Assembly (NCBI GenBank): GCA_964637115.1
Contig: CAZWVL010000008.1
Location: 1-64,000 of the forward strand
DNA: 64,000 nt
Direction of reading: 5' to 3'
Source of the DNA: an uncultured Methanosarcinales archaeon
GTDB lineage: Archaea > Nanobdellota > Nanobdellia > Woesearchaeales > ARS49
Below, in pieces: positions 47,016 through 56,210 of the stretch. The notes beneath the pieces were generated by a model. The model saw only the letters and a program-made list of their open reading frames with translations, did no database searches and had not been told where the DNA came from. Position numbers and translations under genes: made by a program. How positions within the stretch are numbered: position 1 is the stretch's first letter; each line of letters opens with the position of its first letter.

Positions 47016-48229
47016 CTGACGTCTGCCTCTACTTCCAAGTACACCAGCCATTCAGACTGGCACGATACACGCTCTTTGATATTGGAAAACACTCAAGATA
47101 CTTTGACGAAGCAAAAAACAAAGAAATAATGCTCAAAGTAGCGCGAAAATGCTACCTGCCAACGAACAGCATAATCAGACAGCTTATTGCGAAACACGAC
47201 GACTTCAAAGTAACGTACAGCATAACTGGAAGCGCGCTTGAACAATTTGAAAAATACGCACCCAACGTATTGAGAAGTTTCAAAGAACTTGCAGAAACAG
47301 GAGCAGTTGAATTCCTAACAGAAACAAGCAACCATTCACTCTCCGCGCTTGCGGATAAAGATGAATTTACTTCACAAATAAAAGAACACCAGAAATTAAT
47401 CAAGAATTACTTTGGACAAAAGCCCAAGATATTCAGAAATACAGAATTAGTTTACAATAATGAGATTGCCAAAACTGCAGAACAACTTGGTTTCAAAGGC
47501 ATACTCGCAGAAGGATGGGACTCAATACTAGGATGGCGAAGCCCCAACTACGTCTACAAGGCAGCAGAAACGCGCAAAATGAGATTGCTGCTCAAGAACT
47601 ACCGGCTTTCAGATGATGTGGCATTCAGATTCTCCAATAAACACTGGAACAGCTGGCCATTAACAGCAGAAAAGTACGCAGGATGGATAGCGCCCATACT
47701 CGGAGACAGCATCAACCTGTTCATGGACTATGAAACATTCGGAGAGCACCAATGGGAAGACACAGGAATATTCAACTTCCTCAAACACTTGCCGGCTGCA
47801 CTGAAGAAACACAACATAAGCTTCAAACATCCCAGCGAACTGCTGAAAATACGGCCAAAAGAAGAACTCGACATCCAGCAGACAATCAGTTGGGCAGATG
47901 TAGAAAGAGATACGAGCGCATGGCTCGGCAACAAAATGCAGCAAAGCGCGCACGCACAGATTTACTCAATTCGAAAAGACGTGCTTGCAAGCGGAGACAG
48001 AGAATTACTTGCTTCGTGGAAAAAACTTACGACAAGCGACCATTTCTACTATATGTGCACCAAATGGTTCAACGATGGAGACGTGCACAAATATTTCAGC
48101 CCATACGATACCCCATATGACTGCTTCATCAATTACATGAACATATTGCAAGATATGACGCTCAGACTCAAAAATAAACAAGGACTGTTTGAGTCCATTA
48201 AAAGATTTGTCAAAGAGGTGAAGTTATGA
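47012..48229 (+). CDS. GH57 family alpha-amylase
   Basis: FQVHQP, FRNTELVY, NLFMDYETFGEHQW, TTSDHFYYM. Confidence 0.92.
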   Translation: MTDVCLYFQVHQPFRLARYTLFDIGKHSRYFDEAKNKEIMLKVARKCYLPTNSIIRQLIAKHDDFKVTYSITGSALEQFEKYAPNVLRSFKELAETGAVEFLTETSNHSLSALADKDEFTSQIKEHQKLIKNYFGQKPKIFRNTELVYNNEIAKTAEQLGFKGILAEGWDSILGWRSPNYVYKAAETRKMRLLLKNYRLSDDVAFRFSNKHWNSWPLTAEKYAGWIAPILGDSINLFMDYETFGEHQWEDTGIFNFLKHLPAALKKHNISFKHPSELLKIRPKEELDIQQTISWADVERDTSAWLGNKMQQSAHAQIYSIRKDVLASGDRELLASWKKLTTSDHFYYMCTKWFNDGDVHKYFSPYDTPYDCFINYMNILQDMTLRLKNKQGLFESIKRFVKEVKL

Positions 48230-48603
48230 AACGAACAAAACAAAGACGCGTCAAATCAAAAATCAGGAAAACAAGACCTTCCCACAAGCCAAAAACAACC
48301 GTACACGTGACCATAACACGAAAAGTTTTAGGCAAAACACCGGAAAAATACAGTTTCAACCTGCCAGACGGCAGAAAACTGAGAAGCGTGTATGAACTGA
48401 TAGACGAATTAGAGACTATGAGTGAGGAAAACTTCAGGCATTACGTGACTGAAACAGAAAACCACTTTGCCAACTGGATAGAACACGTGTTCAGCGAAAA
48501 ACACCTGGCAAATGAACTGAGGCACGTAAAAAACAGGATAGACACGCAAAGAGCGATTTTGAAACATCTTGTAAGAGAACTCATGAAAAAGGCACACGCA
48601 TGA
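48226..48603 (+). CDS. DUF5752-like domain protein with basic N-tail
   Basis: F.L.DGRKLRSVYEL..EL..M....F.H.V....NHFANWIEHVF...LA. Confidence 0.6.
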   Translation: MKRTKQRRVKSKIRKTRPSHKPKTTVHVTITRKVLGKTPEKYSFNLPDGRKLRSVYELIDELETMSEENFRHYVTETENHFANWIEHVFSEKHLANELRHVKNRIDTQRAILKHLVRELMKKAHA

Positions 48604-49169
48604 ACTTACGCGACGTTCCGCCAGAAAATGAATTTGTACTAATCGGCGGAAGAAAAATCAAGAATATCGCTGAATTAGGCAGAGAACTCAGGCAGATGAG
48701 CGATGACATGTTCGCGCATCACGTCACGGAACAGAAAAACGACTTTGCCAACTGGATAGAAAAGTGCGTAAAGGATGAAACATTGGGAATATTAGCACGA
48801 ACGACAAAAGACAAGGAACGCATGGCAGCAATTGTTGAAAGAAGAATCAAAGAACTAACACAGCCAAAAATCATCAGAACCGCACAGCAGACAATGCAGC
48901 AGCCAAGCATTGTCAGAACAAAAAATGTGACCATGCTTAAGTTTGCGCACGAACAAATGCCTGCCATAACAAAACCTCAAAAGCAAATAATACACACACC
49001 GCACAAAACGGTGCTCAAACTGCAGCACGAACAGCCATTAAAAACTGAAATTTACGTTCACGAGGTTAACAAACACCACCACGGGGCAGCATTGCTAATA
49101 GCGCATTTAGTGCTCGGGATTGTCGTAGGAGTAGCAATCGCTGCCCTGGTGCTGGCGTTTAATACATAA
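48600..49169 (+). CDS. DUF5752-like domain protein with C-terminal TM
   Basis: F.LIGGRKIKNIAEL..EL..M....F.HHV....NDFANWIEKCV; C-terminal hydrophobic helix. Confidence 0.6.
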   Translation: MNLRDVPPENEFVLIGGRKIKNIAELGRELRQMSDDMFAHHVTEQKNDFANWIEKCVKDETLGILARTTKDKERMAAIVERRIKELTQPKIIRTAQQTMQQPSIVRTKNVTMLKFAHEQMPAITKPQKQIIHTPHKTVLKLQHEQPLKTEIYVHEVNKHHHGAALLIAHLVLGIVVGVAIAALVLAFNT

Positions 49170-49205
49170 CCTTTAAATGAATAAAAACAAAGAGGAAACA
49201 AAAAG

Positions 49206-50165
49206 ATGGTGTACGACGTTATCAGCGTAGGCGGAGCAAACATAGACGTATTCATCACTACAAAAAGCAAAGATGTAGAAATAGAAAAGATACACGCACA
49301 CGAAGACGTGTGCATGCCCATCGGCGCCAAAATACTGATTGATACGCTTGTTACAGATACGGGAGGCTCAGGAGTCAACACCGCAACAGCATTCGCACGG
49401 CTCGGCTTGAAAGCAGCAGTTGTCAGCAAACTTGGACAAGATATGAATGCGGACGTAGTTCTGAACAAATTAAAAAAAGAAAAAATAGATTTCCTTGGAG
49501 TGAAAGCAGCGGGACACACAGGATACTCTGTAATTCTGTCAGGACTGCACAAGAATAGAACGATTCTCACGTTCAAAGGCAACAATAACTTGATGACAAC
49601 AAAAGACATTCAATGGAAAAAACTCAAGACAAAATGGTTCTATTTTGGAACGCTGCTTGGACAGAGCTGGAAGACACAATGCGCGATTGCGCAATATGCA
49701 AAAAAGAACGGCATTAAACTTTTGTTTAACCCGTCACTCTACTTGGCAGAGAAAGGAATGAAATTCCTGAAGCCAATACTTGACGCGTGCACAGTACTCA
49801 TCCTGAACAAAGAAGAAGCACAGGCGCTTACCGGCATGAAGGGATATACCAAGCAAATCCTGGAAAGACTGCAGAAACACGTCCCTATCGTAGTCATTAC
49901 AGACGGACCAAGAGGAGCGCTCGCGTACAACGGAATCCAACACTATTCAATCGTTCCAAAAGACGTGCCAATTGCCGACACAACAGGAGCAGGAGACTCA
50001 TTTGCAAGCGCTTTCCTGGCAGCACTGATTGATGGACAAGACATTCCGACTGCTTTAAAATGGGGAGCTGCAGAAGCAAACAGCGTTATACAGCACTACG
50101 GCGCGACTAATATTCTGCTCAACAAAAAAGAAATTGTAAAACAATCAAATAACGCGGAGGCATAA
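49206..50165 (+). CDS. PfkB-family carbohydrate kinase
   Basis: GGSGVNTA and DTTGAGDSF signatures. Confidence 0.92.
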   Translation: MVYDVISVGGANIDVFITTKSKDVEIEKIHAHEDVCMPIGAKILIDTLVTDTGGSGVNTATAFARLGLKAAVVSKLGQDMNADVVLNKLKKEKIDFLGVKAAGHTGYSVILSGLHKNRTILTFKGNNNLMTTKDIQWKKLKTKWFYFGTLLGQSWKTQCAIAQYAKKNGIKLLFNPSLYLAEKGMKFLKPILDACTVLILNKEEAQALTGMKGYTKQILERLQKHVPIVVITDGPRGALAYNGIQHYSIVPKDVPIADTTGAGDSFASAFLAALIDGQDIPTALKWGAAEANSVIQHYGATNILLNKKEIVKQSNNAEA

Positions 50166-50166
50166 A

Positions 50167-51081
50167 ATGTTGGTAACACTCAAAAAAATCCTGAAAGAAG
50201 CAAACAAAGGCACGTACGCAGTCGGAGCATTCAACATAAACAACATGGAAATCGCGCAGGCAGCAATTAATGCAGCTGTTGCGCAGAAATCACCAGTCAT
50301 TCTGCAAACATCTGAAGGAGCAATTGCGTATGCAGGAACGGAATACCTGAAAGCACTCGCATATGCTGCAGCAAAACAAAAAGTTCCTGTTGCATTGCAC
50401 TTAGACCACGGACGAGACATGGATATTATCAAGAAATGCATCAAAGCGGGCTGGACCGGGATAATGTACGACGGCAGCCACCTGCCATTCGAAGAAAATA
50501 TCAAGAATACCAAAAAAGTGGTGCAATGGGCGCACAAGGCAGGCATCGGAGTAGAAGGAGAACTCGGCACAATCGGCGGAGCAGAAGAGAAAATCATTGC
50601 ACGCGAAATAGTCTACACTGATCCAGTTGCTGCTGTAGAATTTGTAAAGAAAACTGGAGTTGATGCTCTTGCTGTCGCAATCGGAACGTCTCACGGTGCA
50701 TACAAGTTTGAAGGAACAGCACGTTTGGACATACATTTATTGAAAGTCATCAAGGAAAAATTGCAGATGCCTTTAGTGCTGCATGGTGCATCCGGAGTAC
50801 CGGCATGGCTGGTAACGCAAGCAGTCAGATATGGAGCAGAACTAGGCAAGCCAGAAGGAGTGCCAGATGATCAGATACGCATTGCAGTGCAATCAGGAAT
50901 CAACAAAGTCAACACTGATACTGATTTAAGATTAGCTTTTGACGCCGCAGTCAGGCAGTTCCTGAAGGAAAAACCGTCAGACTTTGATCCAAGACACATT
51001 TTAGCGCCTGCGCGCACTTTAATGCAGCAGATTATCGAACACAGAATACAATTGTTCGGGAGCAATGGAAAAGCGTTATGA
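50167..51081 (+). CDS. fba: Class II fructose-bisphosphate aldolase
   Basis: LHLDHG, EGELG, AIGTSHGAYK, VLHGASG, KVNTDTDLR. Confidence 0.95.
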   Translation: MLVTLKKILKEANKGTYAVGAFNINNMEIAQAAINAAVAQKSPVILQTSEGAIAYAGTEYLKALAYAAAKQKVPVALHLDHGRDMDIIKKCIKAGWTGIMYDGSHLPFEENIKNTKKVVQWAHKAGIGVEGELGTIGGAEEKIIAREIVYTDPVAAVEFVKKTGVDALAVAIGTSHGAYKFEGTARLDIHLLKVIKEKLQMPLVLHGASGVPAWLVTQAVRYGAELGKPEGVPDDQIRIAVQSGINKVNTDTDLRLAFDAAVRQFLKEKPSDFDPRHILAPARTLMQQIIEHRIQLFGSNGKAL

Positions 51082-51198
51082 AATGCGTAGAAAACCAATA
51101 CAAAATGCACGCATTTCATAACGTGCTCGGAAATCGCTTTCAACAATCATCAAACCAAGAGGTGAATGGTTTCGCACATGCGATTTCCGACACGTGAA
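51076..51198 (+). mobile_element. Two-hairpin insertion between fba and cutA with TGAA duplication
   Basis: TTATGAAATGCGT/ACGCATTTCATAA (51076-51121); ACGTG-C-TCGGAAATCGC...GCGATTTCCGA-CACGT (51121-51195). Confidence 0.65.
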
Positions 51199-51508
51199 GC
51201 CGATTTTAGTATATATTACTGTGCCAGATGAAAAGGACGCGGAAATGATAGGCGCAGCATTGGTAAAGAAAAAACTAGCTAGCTGCGTGAACATTATTTC
51301 TAACATTCACTGCCAGTATATCTGGAAAGGAAAATTCCAGCACGATAAGGAAGCAGTAATGATGGTGAAGACTTTTGACACGAAATACAAAGCATTGGAG
51401 AAAGTCGTTAAGAAAATTCATTGTTATGAAAATCCGTGCATTGTTGCAATGCCGATAACAAAAGGAAGCAAAGAATATCTATCTTGGAGTAGGAGGGCAG
51501 TAAAATGA
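51194..51508 (+). CDS. cutA: CutA divalent-cation tolerance protein
   Basis: VYIT, LASCVNI, YIWKG, HCYENPCI. Confidence 0.92.
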   Translation: MKPILVYITVPDEKDAEMIGAALVKKKLASCVNIISNIHCQYIWKGKFQHDKEAVMMVKTFDTKYKALEKVVKKIHCYENPCIVAMPITKGSKEYLSWSRRAVK

Positions 51509-52020
51509 CTTTTTGGAGAACTTTAGAATATACACTAATCTGTATGCTTTTGTTTAGCGTAATACTCTCATTATCATTCATGGAAATACGCACATTTTTT
51601 ATCATAGTGAGTTTGCTTGCAGGACTGGTCTTCTACTATCTTTTCAAAGAAATGCCAACAGATGAAGCAATGCAAGAAATCAGCATTGTCTACATTCCAG
51701 CATCCATCGTGGTTATCATTGAAGGCATGTTTACAAATCTGATGAAATATACTATTGAAACGGCAGCATCATTACGACCCGATCCTCAAATTGGATCGCT
51801 TGCGACGATATTTGCACAAAGAAACATAATATTCGAGCTAATAGTACTTCTAGTCGGACTTTTCGGCCCATTCATAGCATTCAAGCTGTTAAAAGCCCAA
51901 CAAATAGAATACAAAAGACTTATTTGGAATATTGCAGCCGTATTCATCGCATACTTAATCGCCCTTCTTATTGTTACCTTTGTCATCATGCCCAGATTGA
52001 TAGGAGGAGCGCCATTATGA
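51505..52020 (+). CDS. Multi-pass membrane protein
   Basis: Several hydrophobic segments. Confidence 0.7.
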   Translation: MTFWRTLEYTLICMLLFSVILSLSFMEIRTFFIIVSLLAGLVFYYLFKEMPTDEAMQEISIVYIPASIVVIIEGMFTNLMKYTIETAASLRPDPQIGSLATIFAQRNIIFELIVLLVGLFGPFIAFKLLKAQQIEYKRLIWNIAAVFIAYLIALLIVTFVIMPRLIGGAPL

Positions 52021-52460
52021 AACAAACAGTGCACATAGGAGCAGACCACGCAGGATTTGTATTAAAAGAACACCTGAAGAAGTTCTTGCAGAAGAAAGGC
52101 TACACTGTGAAAGATTTGGGAGCACACAAACTCATCAAAGGAGACGATTATCCAGATTATGCAGAAAAAGTTGCGAAAGCCATCCAGAGAGGAGGAAAAG
52201 GAATACTTCTTTGCGGTTCAGCAGAAGGAATATGCATAGCAGCAAACAAATTCAGAAAAATCAGGGCAGTACCAGTCTGGACGCTGCAAAATGCGAAATT
52301 AAGCAGACAGGACAATGACGCGAACATATTGTGCCTGAGCGGATGGGAGCTTTCAAAGAAAAAAGCAGAACAGATTTCATTAACTTGGCTGAAAACGCCA
52401 TTTTCAGGAGAAAAAAGGCACGTTCGAAGAATCAAGAAGATAGCGAGATTGGAAAGATGA
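52017..52460 (+). CDS. rpiB: Ribose-5-phosphate isomerase B
   Basis: GADHAG, DDYPD, CGSAEG..IAANK, NDAN, RHVRR. Confidence 0.95.
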   Translation: MKQTVHIGADHAGFVLKEHLKKFLQKKGYTVKDLGAHKLIKGDDYPDYAEKVAKAIQRGGKGILLCGSAEGICIAANKFRKIRAVPVWTLQNAKLSRQDNDANILCLSGWELSKKKAEQISLTWLKTPFSGEKRHVRRIKKIARLER

Positions 52461-53071
52461 CAGAGATAATTCCAGGAATACTGGTGCACACACTGAAAGA
52501 ACTCAAGCAAAAACTGCACTTATTGAGCTGGGCAAAAAAAGTGCATATTGACATAATGGACGGTAAGTTCGTTCCAAACAGGACAATATCGGCATTAACA
52601 CTGAAGAAGGCAATACCTAAGATGGACATGCAAATACATTTGATGGCGTACAAACCACACAAATACGTGAACATTTTTTCAAGAATGGGAGCAAAAGAAT
52701 TGATCATTCATGCAGAAGCGTCAAAAGAGACGCCAAAAGTGCTTGAATACATCCGCGAAAAAGGAATGAAAGCAGGAATTGCATTCAACCCAGAAACAAA
52801 AATAGGACAGCACGCGCTTATTCATGCAGATTTGGCGCTCGTGATGACGGTGCATCCAGGATTCAGCGGGCAGACGTTTTTGAAAACGCCTGTACGAAAG
52901 ATTGCAGAGATAAAAAATCACAATCCACTGCTTCAAGTGGGTGTTGACGGAGGAATTAATTCGCAAACGTGCAGATTTGTCAAAGAAGCAGATTTTGCTA
53001 TTGCAACACACGCTGTTATAGAAGCAGAAGAACCAAGAAAAGCGTGGCTTGAACTCAAAAAAAGATGTTAA
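52457..53071 (+). CDS. rpe: Ribulose-phosphate 3-epimerase
   Basis: HIDIMDGKFVPN, IHLM, MTVHPGFSGQ, VDGGIN. Confidence 0.93.
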   Translation: MTEIIPGILVHTLKELKQKLHLLSWAKKVHIDIMDGKFVPNRTISALTLKKAIPKMDMQIHLMAYKPHKYVNIFSRMGAKELIIHAEASKETPKVLEYIREKGMKAGIAFNPETKIGQHALIHADLALVMTVHPGFSGQTFLKTPVRKIAEIKNHNPLLQVGVDGGINSQTCRFVKEADFAIATHAVIEAEEPRKAWLELKKRC

Positions 53072-53072
53072 A

Positions 53073-53810
53073 ATGGACTTACAGAAAAAAGCAAACATAA
53101 TCCGGCAAGACATTATCAGAATGATAAGCCGGGCAGGCAAAGGAAACACGGCGCCAAACTTGGGCATGGCAGACATATTTGCCACACTATATTTCGGAGC
53201 GTTAAAACACAATCCAAGACAACCAAAATGGGAAGAGCGCGACAGACTATTTGCAGCAGGCCAATATTCACCAGCCTGGAGAACAACATTAGCGCATTCT
53301 GGATATTTCGCAAAAAAAGACTTGTTTCAAGGGAGCCAGCACACCATGCCAGGAAGCCTTGGCTTGGCTGTCGGCAGCGCGCTCGCAGCCCAAATAGACG
53401 GCAAAGAACACCAAACTTACTGCATCTTAAGCGACCACGACCTGCACAAAGGAGAAGCGTGGGAAGCACTATTATTAGCGGGAAAACATAAACTTGCAAA
53501 TCTAACTCTCATAATCGACAGAAGCAATATGCAATCAGACGGATATATTGAGAACATAATGCCTCTTGAGCCATTGCGCAGCAAACTTGAATCATTCAAC
53601 TGGAACGCCATTGAAGTAGACGGCCACAACCACCAGCATATCAAAGAGGCAATAACAGAAGCCAAAAATTCGCATAAACCAACAGTAATTCTTGCCCACA
53701 TCATACCCGGAAAAGGAGTTAATTTCATTGAGAACAAAACTGAATGGTACGAAAAACCTCCAACAAAAGAAGAAGAAAGCGCAGCATTAACAGAGTTACA
53801 AAAACAATGA
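53073..53810 (+). CDS. Transketolase N-terminal subunit homolog, catalytic motifs degenerate
   Basis: Scaffold conserved (RDR, GSLG, AWEA, LEPL..K..SF.W...EVDGH, GKGV) but GH to GN, SKGH to AAGQ, GHP loop deleted, GDGE to SDHD, WHG to WYE. Confidence 0.85.
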   Translation: MDLQKKANIIRQDIIRMISRAGKGNTAPNLGMADIFATLYFGALKHNPRQPKWEERDRLFAAGQYSPAWRTTLAHSGYFAKKDLFQGSQHTMPGSLGLAVGSALAAQIDGKEHQTYCILSDHDLHKGEAWEALLLAGKHKLANLTLIIDRSNMQSDGYIENIMPLEPLRSKLESFNWNAIEVDGHNHQHIKEAITEAKNSHKPTVILAHIIPGKGVNFIENKTEWYEKPPTKEEESAALTELQKQ

Positions 53811-54913
53811 AAACAAGCAAAGACGGATACGCAGAAGCACTTACAGAGCTCGCCAAACAAAAAGAAGACATGGTTGTGCTAAGCGCAGATACTGCTCTGA
53901 AAACAGGCATCAAGCATTTTGCCGACAAGCACCCAAACAGATTCATCCAGTGCGGCAAGGCATCACAAAATATGATGAGCGTAGCAGCAGGAATGGCAAT
54001 GGAAGGCAAAATAGCGTTTGCAACAGGCTGCATAACAATGGGAAAAAACTGGGACCAGATACGAATGATAGCACACGAAAGATTAAACGTCAAAATTGTA
54101 GATGCAGACGAAACACTCGAGGATACTGCATTAGCACGCGCACTGCCAGCCATGACCATAATTATTCCAGCAGACTACAATGAAGCAAGGAAAGCAACCC
54201 TGGCAGCAGGAACAATGAAAGGTCCTGTGTATCTAAAGCTGACAAATAATTCATCCGTAACCACTGAAAAAACGCCATTCACAATAGGCAGAGTAGAAAT
54301 ACTGCGCGCAGGAAAAGACTGCACCATACTGGCGTGCGGTTCAGCAGTAAAGGAAGCACTGCTCGCTGCTGAAAGACTTGCACAACAAGAAATAGAATGC
54401 ACCGTGCTTAACTGCCACACAATACAGCCGATAGACAAACACGCAATAATCAGCAGTGCACGCATAACTGGATGCATTGTTGCAGCAGCAGAAAGCAATG
54501 CACTTGGAAGCATAACAGCAGAAATAATAAGCCAGAACTCGCCAGTGCCCTTTCGCACAGCACCAGCAGAGCAATCAAACATTGCCAGAGCAGCCAAAGA
54601 AGCAGTACTGCTAAAATGCGAAGGTGTTTGCCCAGAAATCCCTGAAGAACACGGCAAACTACTCGTTTCCCAAATTCATCCAGAATCATACTTCAAACTG
54701 CACGGCGGCGGAACAATCAAAAGCATACCAGGATTAAAGAAAGCACTATTGGAAATGAACAACGAAACATTCTCGCACCACTGCAACGAACACAAAAACG
54801 ACTTCAGCATATGGGTAGAAGACGTTTTCAAAGAACCAACACTCGCACACCAGATTGAAAAAACAAAAACACGCGTTGGAATGGCACTAACCATCACAAG
54901 GTGGCTGATGTGA
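53807..54913 (+). CDS. Transketolase C-terminal subunit homolog, degenerate, fused to a DUF5752-like domain
   Basis: VLSAD, QNMMSVAAG, GPVY, TI.PID retained; GIAE to GKAS; GEDGxxHQ loop deleted; extra domain at about 54680-54910. Confidence 0.85.
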   Translation: MKTSKDGYAEALTELAKQKEDMVVLSADTALKTGIKHFADKHPNRFIQCGKASQNMMSVAAGMAMEGKIAFATGCITMGKNWDQIRMIAHERLNVKIVDADETLEDTALARALPAMTIIIPADYNEARKATLAAGTMKGPVYLKLTNNSSVTTEKTPFTIGRVEILRAGKDCTILACGSAVKEALLAAERLAQQEIECTVLNCHTIQPIDKHAIISSARITGCIVAAAESNALGSITAEIISQNSPVPFRTAPAEQSNIARAAKEAVLLKCEGVCPEIPEEHGKLLVSQIHPESYFKLHGGGTIKSIPGLKKALLEMNNETFSHHCNEHKNDFSIWVEDVFKEPTLAHQIEKTKTRVGMALTITRWLM

Positions 54914-55593
54914 AAATAGCCGTCTATGGAAAAACACCGGAAAGCAAAATAGAACTGCTAAAAGCAGCCAAGAAAGCAGGATTTACTTATGATGAGAAAA
55001 AGCCAGACTTAGTCATTTCTTACGGCGGAGACGGAACTTTCCTCTGGGCGGAAAGAAAATACCCAGGAATTGCAAAAGCGCTTTTCAGATACAGCAAAGT
55101 CTGCAAAAAATGCCACAACCTGCCAATCGATCATGCACTTTCGCTCATCAAAAAGAAAAAATACAAGATAATAACTCACAACAAACTCGAAGCAAGAGTT
55201 GACAAGACAACATTGCTGGCGACAAACGACATTGTTGTCAGAAATGCCATGCCAACCCACGCAATACGATTCAAACTTGAAATAAACGGCAAAAAAATCA
55301 ATGAAGAGTTTATCGGCGACGGCATTGTAGCAGCCACGCCATTCGGCTCAACAGCCTATTTCCACAGCATTACCAAAAAAACGTTTGAAAAAGGCATTGG
55401 AATTGCTTTCAACAATACCACAGTGCTGCAAAAACCGCTTTTATTACCGGAAAAAGCACGCGTACTGCTGACATTAACACGCGGAGAAGCATTCGTAGTA
55501 GGAGACAATGAGCCAAGAATGATCGTATTAACACCTGGAAAAAGCGTTACGATAAAAACAAGCCAACAAAAAGCAAAACTGTTATCTTTCTAA
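54910..55593 (+). CDS. nadK: NAD kinase
   Basis: GGDGTFL, ND, GDGIVAATPFGSTAY; GTG start overlaps the previous stop. Confidence 0.9.
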   Translation: MKIAVYGKTPESKIELLKAAKKAGFTYDEKKPDLVISYGGDGTFLWAERKYPGIAKALFRYSKVCKKCHNLPIDHALSLIKKKKYKIITHNKLEARVDKTTLLATNDIVVRNAMPTHAIRFKLEINGKKINEEFIGDGIVAATPFGSTAYFHSITKKTFEKGIGIAFNNTTVLQKPLLLPEKARVLLTLTRGEAFVVGDNEPRMIVLTPGKSVTIKTSQQKAKLLSF

Positions 55594-56210
55594 ATAGACT
55601 TAATTGCAGGCGGCGCGACCATCTTGGCGCCCTTAGCAGGCGGATTAAAGTAGTTCGCCTCAGGAATCTGGCCAACAAGCACGACAGGGCCAGGAGAGAC
55701 GTCCCAGTCGTCAGCCGGCTCCAAAGTCACTTCAACAAAATCATACGGGTCAAGATAATTGTCAACATGATAATCAAGCTGGCCAACACCGCCAAAGCCC
55801 GTCACGAACGTGCCAAGCGACAAACGATAGCCAGAATCAACGTCAACAAGCCACACTTCAAATTGCGAATCAGTCTGGTCTGAAGCAGGAATGTCTTTTG
55901 TTTTTACCTGCACTTGGGCGCGCGGGTAACCATACCAAGTAACACTCTTGATTTTTGCAGAACCACGGGCATACATAGGAGCATAACCTCCTCTGCCCAC
56001 ACCCTTGTAGTCTTCAACACCAGGCGGGCCAAGATAGGCAACAGTATCAATCGTTTGGAAATTCACTCTCGGATCATAATGAGTAACGCGCTGCACACCA
56101 CCAGTACCATACTTGCGAGGACTGGTAAGAGGAGATTTATACGTATGCAATGCCACGACCGACAAGCTCAAAATTGCAAGCAATGCCAGGACAATCAGTA
56201 TTTTCCTCAT
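55590..56210 (-). CDS. Secreted protein with RskA C-terminal-like domain, paralog 1
   Basis: Signal peptide; FEVWLVD...SLGTF...VEVTLEP......PGPVVLVG. Confidence 0.55.
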   Translation of the reverse strand: MRKILIVLALLAILSLSVVALHTYKSPLTSPRKYGTGGVQRVTHYDPRVNFQTIDTVAYLGPPGVEDYKGVGRGGYAPMYARGSAKIKSVTWYGYPRAQVQVKTKDIPASDQTDSQFEVWLVDVDSGYRLSLGTFVTGFGGVGQLDYHVDNYLDPYDFVEVTLEPADDWDVSPGPVVLVGQIPEANYFNPPAKGAKMVAPPAIKSI

